A stretch of 64,000 nucleotides of DNA from Selaginella moellendorffii (Eukaryota > Plantae > Lycopodiophyta). The position numbers and the translations under genes are program-made. The stretch's first letter is position 1. Each line of letters opens with the position of its first letter. Under the pieces are notes generated by a model. That model saw only the letters and a list, made by a program, of their open reading frames with translations, was not told the origin of the DNA and ran no database searches. The stretch is from positions 186,001 to 250,000 of the forward strand of contig NW_003314333.1 in NCBI RefSeq assembly GCF_000143415.4, given 5' to 3'. This document shows positions 28,910 to 41,250 of the stretch, one piece after another.

Positions 28910-30994
28910 ATGGCCGGACAAGGTGAGTTCCAGGAGCTGGTGGAGACTCTCATTGGGCTGCTCAACGAGATATCATCCCTGGGGGACTACGCCAGATCGC
29001 ACCGCAAGGAATGCACCAATCTCGCCCGCCGACTCAAGCTCTTGGCCCCGCTGCTGGAGGAGGCGAGGGAGGCCAGCTCGCTTGATTCCCTTCGCCCCTT
29101 CCACGACCTCAAGCTCGTTCTCCACTCGGCCAAGGACCTCCTCTCTCTCTGCCACAAGGGAAGCAAAATTTTCCTGGTAAGCCGCAAAGTTCTCCTTTGA
29201 CTTGCCTGAACTGCGGATGGAAATCTAGATCATGAAAAGAGAAGGAATTGCCAGCAGCTTCCAATCCGTGACCGCGGATTTGGAGCATGTGCTAGATTCC
29301 CTGCCATACAATTCACTGAATCTCTCGGAAGAGGTCCGAGAACAGGTATGTCGACCAAAACCTGTCTTCCTTGGTGAGCTTTCGATGATGATTGTGATCC
29401 ATGCGCAGGTGGAGCTGCTCCATGCGCAGCTCAAGAGGGCCAAAGGCAAAGCAGAAGTTATCGACACGGAGCTGATCGAGGACTTGATGCGATGCAGCAC
29501 GAGTGACGAACGAGACTATGATAGAATGGCAGCGGAGAGACTAGCCGACAAGCTACACCTCAAAACCTGGTCCGAGATAAAGGAGGAGGAGTTTCGTGCG
29601 CAGGAGAGCCTGAAGCTGGACAAAGGTGGTGACCTTGACGCTGCAATCAAGATGGTGCTGGGAAGGCTCAAGGGCATTGCCATCTCGGACGCGGACGAAC
29701 CTTATGTTTCAATCGACAAAGCACGAGTTGACTTCGCTATGAGAAATCCCTTGTCACCGTCACCGCGATCAGACAAGCTGAGCAACCCAGCCATTCCAGA
29801 GGATTTCCGGTGCCCAATCTCGCTGGAACTGATGAAAGACCCCGTCATCGTTGCAACTGGCCAGGTTACGTGCTCTCATCGTGAATTCTTTTATTAATTG
29901 TCGTGATTCCGCAGACTTACGAGCGCTCCTACATCCAAAAGTGGCTAGATGCCGGCCACAAGACATGCCCGATAACGCAGCAGACGCTCCCGCATCTGGT
30001 GCTGACTCCAAACTATGTTCTCCGGAGTCTCATCTGTCAGTGGTGCGAAACCAACGGGATCGAACTGCCAAAGAAAGTTGGCACGAGTCGGGGTGGTCAC
30101 TCGTCCGACTTGGAAGCATGTGGAGACAGGGTGGCCGTAGAGGCGCTACTGCAGAAGCTTTCCAGCCCCCAAGTGGATGTGCAAAGGATAGCTGTGGCGG
30201 ACCTCAGGCTGCTGGCAAAGAGAAGCATCGACAACAGGATTTGCATTGCAGAAGCTGGAGGTGTTCCGCTGCTGATTGGACTCTTGTCATCGACGGACAC
30301 GCGGATACAAGAGCATGCAGTTACCGCTCTGCTCAATCTCTCCATCCACGACCCCAACAAGGCTCAGATCGTCCAGGCAGGTGCTATAAATCCGATTGTC
30401 GAGGTTCTCAAGTCAGGCAGCATGGAGGCAAGAGAGAATGCCGCTGCTACGCTCTTCAGCCTCTCGGTTGTGGACGATAACAAGGTGACGATTGGCCAGA
30501 CGGCTGCGATTCCAGCTCTAGTGAACTTGCTCAGAGAAGGCACTCCCCGAGGCAAAAAGGACGCAGCCACTGCCCTTTTCAACTTGTCCATATACCAAGG
30601 CAACAAGGCCAAGGCAGTGAGAGCTGGCGTGGTTCCGCCGCTGATGGAGCTGCTGGATCCAAACGCAGGCATGGTGGATGAAGCTTTGGCTATTCTGGCA
30701 ATACTCGCAACGCACCAGGAGGGGCGCGTTGCAATCGGCCAGGAGTCAACCATCCCACTTTTGGTGGAGCTCATACGTTCCGGCTCGGCCAGGAACAAGG
30801 AGAATGCAGCTGCTGTTCTCCTTGCTCTGGGCCAGAACGACGCAGCTCATCTTGTCACAGCGCAACAGTACGACGCCGGGGTGCCTTTGGCGGAGCTCGT
30901 GCAAAACGGCACCAGCAGGGCCAGGCGCAAAGCGAGCTTGATCCTGGAGCTGATGCACAAGCAACAGCAAGAACAGTTAAACAAGCAACAATAA
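28910..30994 (+). CDS. U-box/ARM-repeat E3 ubiquitin ligase, PUB13-like (UND-U-box-ARM, about 4 exons)
   Basis: UND ([15 protein letters not shown]); U-box [28 protein letters not shown]...CP; ARM repeats ([37 protein letters not shown]). Confidence 0.95.
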
Positions 30995-32170
30995 CAACGT
31001 AAGACGAAGAAGAGAAGCAGGCAGGACCAAACAACTCAATGTCGTCAACACTTTCTCTACATGCTTGCACACATGGAGGGTGGTGCTCTGTGCTCAAAGT
31101 TGCCCAGGAAGGTCCACCATCAATCAACAACACACGCAGAGCTTGGCGGTTTGTTCATTCACAGTGCTGCTGCGGCTCGGCTCAGAGACAAGATTCAACG
31201 AACGCGAGCTTGGTTTGGATGGAATGTTGCTGAGACATGCGGAGCTCTCGGCTCCTCTTGTTCCAACACAGCCGTGATGACCATGCATTTAGAGGACGCG
31301 GACACCTAATGATTGAAGAGGAACTGCCCTTTTAAGTGATTCACTTTGGCTTCGCTCTTTCACACATGAAGAGGCACAGATACTCCCGACTTCGTTAACA
31401 TCAGGAGCAGCAGAAAGTCCACAATCAAGTAAGAACAATGCTCGTGACTTGGATTGTCCCACTGCCGCAATCGCGGCTGCTTTCTGACTCCTGGAGTTTC
31501 GTTTTCCGTTGGCTCAGGATAAATACTTGTAATCCGTTCCGGAAAACTGCAATGTACGACGAATACGGAGTTACCGTCTTTGTTTGGGACTCCCCAAGCT
31601 CCGTTTCTTCGCACTGTGTTGGAACGGAACTAGAGTTCCGTGGTGCTCGTTTGCTCACGGTGTTTGGGGGACTTGCAACCAAGTCCGCATTTGGCAGCAA
31701 TGCTTCTGGGATGTCGTATCCCAAGTAAGCTGTCGATATGGGTCTGGCACATGCAAATGCCCTCGTCAACCTCACTTGGATACTTACAGCAGCAAATAAC
31801 CTTGGGTGGCAATTGTGTGCCTGTGCTTTCTCCTAGAGAAGCTGCTCCAAAACTAGCGAGATTCTGCTTCTACACGGTCAATTTTGTGGCATGATTGCTC
31901 TCCGTTCTGGTTTTCTTCGAGCTGCCAAGAATCTTTGTGGCTTTGTACGATGGGAGCCTTCATCCTCTTCGGTTCTTGCGTACTTCTCCAGATGAACTTG
32001 CCTGATGAAGACTACATAATATAAATCTGTTGCCGCAGCTTACCTGGAGAGAGCTCAGAAAGAATCGGTATAACACACCTGGAAATTCCATGCGAGGTGG
32101 TGTGAAACAGCTTATAGAGCTGCGAGCAAGATCCAGAGCGACAGTGAAAGCCGCACAATAGTGGGAGCCG

Positions 32171-33683
32171 CTAAGATGGCAGATGGCAGTCTTCTAGATT
32201 AGCGTGGGACGCGATGAGGTCCTCTGTGTAGGCCCATAGCTCTTTGCCCAGCTCCATGTCGCTGGCATACTTGCTGCCTGAGGTTTCCTGGCAGTCTGCA
32301 AAGTATTTTCCGGAAATGCCCTCGACATCTGGGTGTGCCGCCACGTAGCATGTTGTAGCTGCTCCTTGTTCAATCGTCTTCAAGAATGGTTCAATCCACG
32401 AAAATGCCACTGGAACGGGGCAAAGATCAGAATCAATCCAGATGGAATATTCAGGTAAGCTTTCTCACAGCCTGCTGGTTCAGCAAATTTCTCAACGAAG
32501 CTGCTGTTGAATACTCCAGGGTGCAACGCGTTCACGGAGATGTTCACTCCTTGCTCCTGGAGAACGTTCAGACCAGAGGAGCAAAAACAAAGTAAACAGG
32601 ACCAACCTCGAGTCTACGTGCCAGTTCCTTGGCAAACAATATGTTGGCAAGTTTGGTCTGTGCATAAACCGTGGACAGTCCATGAATGCTGCAAATTCAT
32701 TGTAATGTGTAAGTTTTCTTTATAACCATACCATACTATACCTCTGCAAAACAGGGACTGCGAACATCCAACTTTTTCTGTGAAGATTCTTAAAATTAAT
32801 TCCCCGAGCACTCTCGTGTTGGCTGGAAGCAACAACGACAATTCTGCCTCGGTTGCCGGATTGCGTTGCAGTCTCCTCTATCAAGTCGAGCAGTGAGTGA
32901 GTGAGAACGAAATGGCCAACGTGATTCACTGCAAATGTCATCTCCAGGCCATCCTCTGACAGGACGAACTGGCTTGAAGCGATTCCTGCATTGTTACTTC
33001 AGACATAACTTTGTCAACCATGAGCTTTAATTTGTGTGTATGAAGATACTTACATGAGTATGTGAAGTGGCAGGCCCAGAGCTTTGAACTTAGCCACGAA
33101 GTTTCGCACAGAGTACATCGACCCGAGATTGAGATGGAGCACGGTGACCTGTGCATTGGGTGTTTGCTCCAAAATCTTGAGTTTTGCTGCGTGTGCAGCC
33201 TTAAGGTTCTCGGAGGCAATGACGACATGAGCACCTCTTCTTGCGAGCACTCTAGATGTTTCGAATCCAATCCCAGCGCTACCGCCTGTACATGGAGGAA
33301 AGGTATGGTGTCGATGCCGAAACCGATCAATTCCCAGACCTGTGATGAGAACAACTTTGGAATCAAGGGAGATGCCATCCATGACTTCCTCTGCAGTCGA
33401 TTTCGCGCGGCTCCTTGGGCTCTGTTCAACCTTGGGGGAGACAAGGCTCTGGAGCTCCTCTGTATAGCATTCATTCATTTTGCTGTTCGACCATACCCAT
33501 GAATCTAGAACAGCACAACTGCTTACTCAGTGATCCGAGAAGGGCCTCTTGAGGCGGAGCTGCCCGTGCCACAACCTTGGATCTCGCACGTTTGCTGCAT
33601 TTCCTGCTACTTCTGGGCTTCGCTGTTGGTGCAGCTGATGCAACTGGTAACTGGAGCTGGAGTGATGCAAAACGGGTTGCCAT
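32171..33683 (-). CDS. Plastid-targeted short-chain dehydrogenase/reductase, TIC32/RDH12-like
   Basis: Transit peptide (MATRFASLQLQLPV...VVARA); STAEEV, TGGSAGIG, NNAG, FAVNHVGHF, YAQTKLANILF, LHPG, QGAATTCYVA; exons join in frame. Confidence 0.9.
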
Positions 33684-34135
33684 TTGTTCCAATACGCCAC
33701 AGACTCCTACATGGTAACTCCTTAGCACACTCACCATTCATTAGTAACGGGACCACTGGTCCGTGGGTGGCTGGGAGGGATGGGTCACCTTGTCCTTTTG
33801 TTTTTCACGTGAATGAAGGAATTCAAGGGCTGTTAGGGACTGCAGATCTTGGGAGATCGCCATCATGACAATGTTTTCGTGCCTTATGGCGTATATCTGG
33901 CCATTTACCTCGGTGGAACGGAGGAGAGCTTCAAGTTCAAGGAGTGTAATACATTCTAAACACCATGTATCATTATTTTATTCGCTCTGAGCCAAAAGCA
34001 TCCTCGCTGTCTTGCTACATTCTGCCGTTCTTTGCTCGCCTTGCTGTCTGATAGCGTGGCAAGTTAGGATGTAGGGTTATGTTACGTAGGAGACACTTCG
34101 TAGAACAATTCTAAACACAGAGAGGAGAATAATGA

Positions 34136-34969
34136 CTAGTTAGAACTATTAGCTAGAGCTCTCTCTCCTTCGAACAATCTCTTGTGGACTTTAGCAAACA
34201 AAGATGGCTGCGGAGTGCAACTGTTGTCAGTCGTCTTGAAGTTGTCAAAATCCAAGCCGACTTTAGCAGCAGCAAGCCGCAGCTCGGGGACAATGGACTT
34301 GGGGAGGCTTGAACTCCGTGTGTAGACAACAGCCCCACCATAGCCGTCCCATGCATCGTTGGACCCGGTGTAGTACACGAAAATGTAGTCGTCCGGTTGC
34401 TTGTTGAGCCGCGCGGAGACGATGAACCTGCGCAAGAGCCCCCAATCAATCCATTAATTGCTCATGAAGGATTCGCAGCTATGCTGGCAATCGCGCACCG
34501 GACCCACGCACACGGAAGCTTTCCTTATAAGATTCATGGCGGTTGTTGGACGTTTGCTCACCAATCTTCTCTGTAATTGAGGTACTCGTTGTCATGATTG
34601 GAGAGGACTCCCGGGCGTTTGGGATTCTTCTGCACAAAATTTTGTGTTGCGTCGCGTGTGATGAAGCCGCCGTCGGGGGTGGTCACCCTCCACGTCAATT
34701 TTCCGGTGAGCTTGTTGGGGCTGGCCGAGAACTCATGGACTTGGCAATCGTAGAGATCGAACAAGGGATTGAGACCGCTGGTAATATACCATGTGCCTGT
34801 GAAGTCTTGGGTGTTGAACTTTTCCACCAAAGCGCAGTCTGGTACCGGGTAGGTGCCGTCGTTGGCACTTTGAGGGATGCACTTTTTTTTGCTCAGGAGG
34901 CATGTGTTGAATTCCTCTACGACCTTGTTCTGGAAAATGTCTCCACATCTGACCTATATTCGGAAACAA

Positions 34970-35004
<35 letters not shown>

Positions 35005-35514
35005 CAGAAACAGAGTGAAAAACTTGATCCCAGAAAGTCTATAAAATCAAATAATACTTGGCACTTCAAGTCTCCTGGACTGCAAGTTTCCAGACAAACT
35101 AAATTGGCAGCGCATGAAGGATCTCCCACGCATCGAACCAGCTCAGATCTGAAGAACATGCGATCAGCTGGATTCACAAGAAACAACGAATCCCAACAAA
35201 TGAGGAGGTGGAGCACAACAGCACCTGCATCCACCCAAAAGACATTTCCATGTTTTTTGAGCGGTCTCGATGTCCAGAGCCACAGCTTGGTTTGCTGGGT
35301 GCAAGAGCAAACACGTTCCCAGGATCAAGCCCCATGCATTTACTTTGAATCCCGGCCCGGTACTTCTTGTTGCTACATTCTCCACTCTTCGGATTCGTAC
35401 AAGCCGGTGCGGAGCCGTGGTACTGGCAATCTGCTCCTTCTTTACCTGCACGCCATAGAACATCTTGCAACTCTTCTCCTTCAAGGCCCATCCTACGGCC
35501 TTGCAGTGATACAT
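34136..35514 (-). CDS. VDE: Violaxanthin de-epoxidase-like lipocalin, atypical (no Glu-rich tail); start 35514 or 35463
   Basis: Bipartite lumenal-type presequence ending AVA; Cys-rich domain (CLLGGCRSELVRC...[11 protein letters not shown]); lipocalin [44 protein letters not shown]. Confidence 0.9.
34972..35000. repeat. (GA)n microsatellite in a VDE intron
   Basis: Direct read of the GAGAGA run. Confidence 0.9.
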
Positions 35515-35845
35515 TTCAAGAAGCCTCCAAACAAACAAGGGACTGATCGTGAAACACCCGAGGTGGGGGGGCGTCGACACTGATCTTCCCCCTTCTGTAG
35601 GCAGCTCGAACCATGTCCTTTTTCTCAACATGTTGCTTTTGTGGGCCTTCTCAATCTGAGGCCTGGGACATTCCACGCCGCCAAGATTCCAGGCAAAAAC
35701 GCACGTTTCTAGAATTGACACACACAGCTTGGAGGACGCGTGGGATGCCGTTACTTTTACGGAAAAGAAAACGAAATCCTATTGCGCTTGACACGTAATT
35801 GCGCCAGCTTACTGCTCCACCTACCGGCAACGAGTGTGTCAAAAG

Positions 35846-36325
35846 TCCCAAGGACAAACCGTACGGAACGCCGTAAAAAAGATATCTTCTGGAAGTATGG
35901 CACATCGGCCAGTGGAAACCTTTGGTGCACCAGGCCGTCTTGAACAAACATATAGGCCATGCTAAAGATGGTGATGCCCAGGCCCTGCAATTCGAAACTA
36001 CATCCTATTACTTACTGCTCAAAAGCACAAACCAGGAAGGAGTCCGTGGTGGGAGAATTCGCAAGACATGAGAGCTATAGCGGGGACTGCGTTCATTGAG
36101 CTCGAATGGACCTTGGCGATGAGACTGTTGTAGAGAGGCTTGTGGTAATTAACTGTTGGAAATTTGTGTGTGCGTTACCTTGTGCATGCTCGACAAGCAA
36201 GAGTGCCATGGCGCTTTGTGTACCCATCTAGCCCAAAACTCCATACCGAGAAATAGCACAGTTGCACCTAATGCGAAAGACACCGTGCCAAGGATTTCCA
36301 GAGCAGGCAGTTCACTGCTGCCTTT
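35846..36325 (-). pseudogene. BCH: Beta-carotene 3-hydroxylase (non-heme di-iron, BCH/CHY-b) pseudogene, 5'-truncated
   Basis: Manual translation: LGMEFWARWVHKAPWHSCLSSMHK | SHRQGPFELN(frameshift)NAVPAIALMSCEFSHHGLLPGLCF*A | GLGITIFSMAYMFVQDGLVHQRFPLADVPYFQKI...FYGVPYGLSLG; TGA at 36019-36021; His boxes deleted or mutated; introns retained. Confidence 0.9.
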
Positions 36326-36399
36326 CTGGACATAGTTAAAGATTTCTCTTTTGTGATCAAGTCTATGTGTGTCAAAAACATATTATGGCATGCCAAGAA

Positions 36400-39300
36400 G
36401 TACTGAGGTGGGTAGTGTGGCAACAAATTTTATTATACTGCAAAATATATGAAATTAAAACATATGTGTGCTTCAAGTGTTTAGCAAAATAATCTTTTGG
36501 TTGCCACTTTTTTTTCAAAGGCACATTGATTCACGGCCACACATGAATTCTTAATTCACATCAATTTACTTACCACATTATCATCTTCTTCAGAATGGCA
36601 GGAATGCATGATGAGATGATTTGGAAGCACAACTAAACCATACATTGTAGATGCTATCCCCAAAAGACTGTTGGCCATGAGTCTTCACATTCCACATGAC
36701 TGTTGTATATTGTTGGTTGCATTAATTTGGCGCCATGTTAGACCACTTGATTAGGGCTACTGACATTGTAGAGGGCATTGAGCATGCACTCATGGCTACA
36801 TGCATCTGGGTTGATTTAGAGTCTGGCCAATCTCTACCTTAGAATAGGCAAGAATTGCAAATGTCATATGTATTGTGACATGGCACTCAAGCTCTTCACC
36901 AAGAATGAAGTTTGATAAAGAATGGAATCCCATGGAAGAAGCAGACATTGGCTATTGGATGAGACTATTAATGGATTGATAGAGATTGTGCACACTGGAT
37001 GAGCCAGAGTGTGATATCCTGCTGTATTGGGTAGTGTGCTGGACACAACTAAGCATCTTGGGTAGCAGAGTGTTGTGACCACAATCAAGGCACAAATAGA
37101 GATTCTTCTATGTTCTTGTTTCCAAGTTCCATAAATCATCAAATCACTTGTAAAAAAGTAGAAGACATGGTTTCACATGTGGCATGAAGTACATGAAGTA
37201 TCTGTTTATGTGGTATATCCCATTCAAATATTACAATGGATGATTCATGATTGTGTGTATAATATTTTTATGTGCACCTGAAAACAAAATAGTATATTAG
37301 CACCTATGTAAATAAAAGATGCACCCTTGTGAAATCCCACCACTAAAATGCCACCAACTCGCTTACCATTATGATATCTTGTCCCCGTGCTTTTGGTGAC
37401 CAGGGCATAGAGAGGGTTTGTTCTTGAAATATGAACAAGCTTTAGAACTAAATTTATAAGAAAGTGGCCCCTCAAGTTTGGTATATTTGCAAATATACAT
37501 CTTGAAGGTTTGAAATGCAATTCTGAAGTTTAAGAGCATTTCAAAAAAATATTCTAATTTAACCTAGAAAAAATTACCCACTAAATAGATCTTATTAAGC
37601 TTATTTCAGGTAAAGTATGATTCAATTGATGATTTATGAACAACAATGAAAAATGTAGCTATTATTGGGCATTTTGAGTTGATCTTGATTTGATTAGAGA
37701 GGAAATTACTCTAAATGATATAAAGTCAAAGGATTAGGTAACTACATTTTTGGAAGGGTAACAATTTGAACATTTGATAAGTAATATTTTTGAGTGTTTG
37801 AATGTGTGGTTATCTAGAGCTTGAGACATGTCTATCCTTGAAATGCTTCAATGCATTTTGTGCAAACTAGCTAGGTTTTCTAGCATCAATTAAAAGGTGA
37901 TGAGGTATATGGTAAGAGTGGAAAGGCACAACTAAAGTTAATCGACAATGCATAAAAACTTCTTTATGATGCAATTTTATGAGTTTGCTATTATATTTCA
38001 GATCCTATTATATTTGAAATACATATACAAAGCTATACTTGTGTGGTAAGCATACTAATATAGTTTTGCGTATGCTTTGGATAGCAAAAAATATGATTGA
38101 TTTATGGTTATGCAATTTGGTATTAAATAAGTTTTGAGTCTGTCTCTATTAATTGGTTAAGGGAATTATACCACATATTGAGATTAACATTTAGTAATCC
38201 AATTTAGTCAGTGTGGTTGATTATAAACAACCAAAGAGAACGAGTAGAAAATAATCCATAAATATTCAAATATAGATGGAAAAGGCTTATAAACAAAAAT
38301 GCACTTTATTTTCTAATTGGTTAATGGTTTTGGGATATTTACCTACACAACACTCATAACTATATAATATCATTAGAAAGGTGATCAATAAAATGATTGA
38401 GATATACTAAGAAAGTACTACACATCATTTATAAACTTCAACATAAAGAACTTTAGTTATAAAATTTTCATACATCATGAATATGCTTCTTTTATATCCC
38501 CTTTAGATCAAAATATTATCAATAAAATCAGTAGTCACTTTTGACATATCACAAAGAACTATATATTAGAAAATCACCAAAGTATCATTCAACCTAAACA
38601 TTATAAAAAATTTGCACAAACCAAATAATATATAAAAAGTAGTTTTAGGATATCCTCTTCATCCATTGACACTTGCTAGTACCCAAAGGTGATATTGAAA
38701 CATATGAAATCAATTGTCACTTTTGGCATATCGTAAAGAACCTCATTTATTATATATTGGCAAGTCATCAAAGCATCATTTAACCTAAATGACATCACTA
38801 AAAACTCATATAAACCAAATGATACATGGAAATAGTCTTAGAGATATCCTCTTCAACTATAGCACTTATTAGTACCCAAGATCTAATTAATGGCTTCATC
38901 CCAAATGAACAAACTCCGAGAGGGAAAGACAAGAGAGAGATACTCAAGGTCTCGATTTTAGTCTTGATTCTTTTAATTTCCTCTCGAACAAATGCAGCAA
39001 GTAGGAGATTTGTAGTATGCATACACATTTGGCATTGTCATAATATTCAATAGGTAATAGTTGATGCAAGATGCTTCTGTCATCACCAGATGAAGTTCAT
39101 ATACTTAGGGACTTCAATACTTTTGGATAATACCCTTTTCCAATAATTTTTTTGACATTGACTCATAAGATTTTAATCTCATTTGATGATTGAAACTAAA
39201 TAAATTTTTTGATTAAGCATCCTTAGTTACAATAAAATGATACATTGCAATCTTAGCCCTAGAAAATAAGTCAAATTTAAAGAGATTAATATACTCCTTC

Positions 39301-41250
39301 AATTGATTAATTGTTATCTCACCAAGATCATCAAAAGGATTTGAAGAGGAAATAAAAAATCTTGAAGGAAAAATGGAAGGAAATACAAAAATAATTGAAA
39401 TAAAAGTAAAACAATGGGATGGAGTGGAATAAAAGCAAAAGGAATGGAAAAAATATAAATAAGTATGAGATAAGAGGAAAGCCTCATAATTACACTTGGC
39501 ATGATTGTATTTCAATTAATCTATATTAATAATAAAGTTAAAAGCTTGACTTAGCACCACTTACAAAGATTGATCCTTAAACTTGTGATTACCCATGCAC
39601 ACAATCAAGTTAATAGCTATTGCCATAGAGAATGAAGGTTAGCTTTATTATATGATATAAATGCACATGACAACATTTGGCAATAAATTGTCAAAAATAA
39701 ATTTAAAACTATCAGTAAATATGGAAAGGATAACAAAGGACCTTCTATTATATAGCAAATTTAAAAAATAAACACTAAGTGAATTGGTGCCAAATGAAGC
39801 CTTTGATGATACTTTTAAAAGTGTCATTGACATATTCACACAAGAACCCTTTACTACTTGCATAACATTTAATTTCCTGAAAGAACTTTTATATCAAGGC
39901 CTTCTATTACAATAACATTAACATGATGTTATTGAAACTAAGATTTCCACCCAAGAAATGAAAAAAGTCAATCCAAAAAACGTTGATAATGCTAATATAT
40001 ATGGCCAACTCAATAATGAATGTCATGACCTTGTTTACATCTTTGTCCTCATCCTTGAATATGAGTAGAAATAACAACAACCTTTAGCAAAACAAAATCA
40101 TCCCTCACAAAATGTAAAGGTAGAGTATGTGTAATTACAAGTGGGTGAGGTAATGTTTTATAACATTATATCAGCTAAAGAATATAGTCCAAGGTTACTG
40201 AAACACAAGTGTATGTATAAACCCCACAAGATTTTGACAAAGCATTAGCCATAATATGCCTAACTTGATTTACTTTTATATATTGAACTCCTCATAAAGT
40301 AAAAAACTCTAGAAGAAAATACTAATTAACTCAAATAGCCTTTGATGGAGAGAATGTAATTGTTAGAATGCATCATTATAATCATCAACATGTTTAAATA
40401 CAAAATTGAAATATTTAAAAGAAAGTTATAACTTATATAAATAGGTTCACTCAAACTATTATACATACTATTATAATGCCATCCTTTGAAAATAATTGGG
40501 AAAGTTGAATATATACCCAACATTATCACATAAATAATAAATGGTAATCATTGTGATGTGATTAAACCAATAGTACACATCATCTCTCGGATTCCCACAA
40601 AATAAATATAGTTGGACATGAAGATTGGTAAAGGAAACTAAACTAAATGTTGTGAACACCACCATCAATTGTTCAATTGCATTTACATAACATTAAAAAA
40701 TTGCATTAATTGTTGCAAGGCAGGAACAGCCAGCTACTGCCCAAGGCAATTGCCCATCCATGGATGGCAAAGAAAAGGAAAAGGAAAAATGTTCATTAAT
40801 GGCAAACCATGCAAGAAAGATGGACTTAAACAAATAACTTATGGCTATATAAAAAAGAGTATGTAGCCTTGTGCCATTTAGAATATTTCTAGTATCTAGT
40901 GATCTTTACATCAACAATGATAAAACTAAATCAAGCAAAAAAAGCACAAATGCAAGCACTCCTTAGGGACTTAAAGCTGTCTACTGTATAGATTACATAT
41001 ATTTGTACTCACATATAACTTTAGTTTATATACAATGAATGATCCAGATTGAATCCAATCCACTATGCTAGTAATAATATATAGCATCATAGACCTTTCA
41101 AATATTATAAACCAAATATTGCTGTATAGTACAAGGAATTATTATAGAATTGAAATAGAAATTTTAAAATTTAAAGTTTGAAAGTGCACCTTTAAAATGT
41201 CAATGTGAATAGTATTCTGCTAGAAGGATTTCTCCTACTATAAGAGCTTG
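36400..41250. mobile_element. AT-rich, strongly CpG-depleted decayed TE-like block, family unassigned
   Basis: Sharp drop in GC, no long ORFs, internal duplication (38535-38689 versus 38717-38882). Confidence 0.45.
38535..38882. repeat. Diverged tandem duplication, ~160 bp
   Basis: Both units start GTCACTTTTG.CATATC and end GATATCCTCTTCA...TAGTACCCAA. Confidence 0.8.

Noticed and set aside
31360-32150. Possible small minus-strand gene between PUB and SDR
   Set aside because: Splice-like signals are present, but I could not build a consistent open model or recognise a product; unresolved.
34543-35583. 346-aa plus-strand ORF
   Set aside because: Antisense to VDE and runs through the (GA)n microsatellite; no domain.
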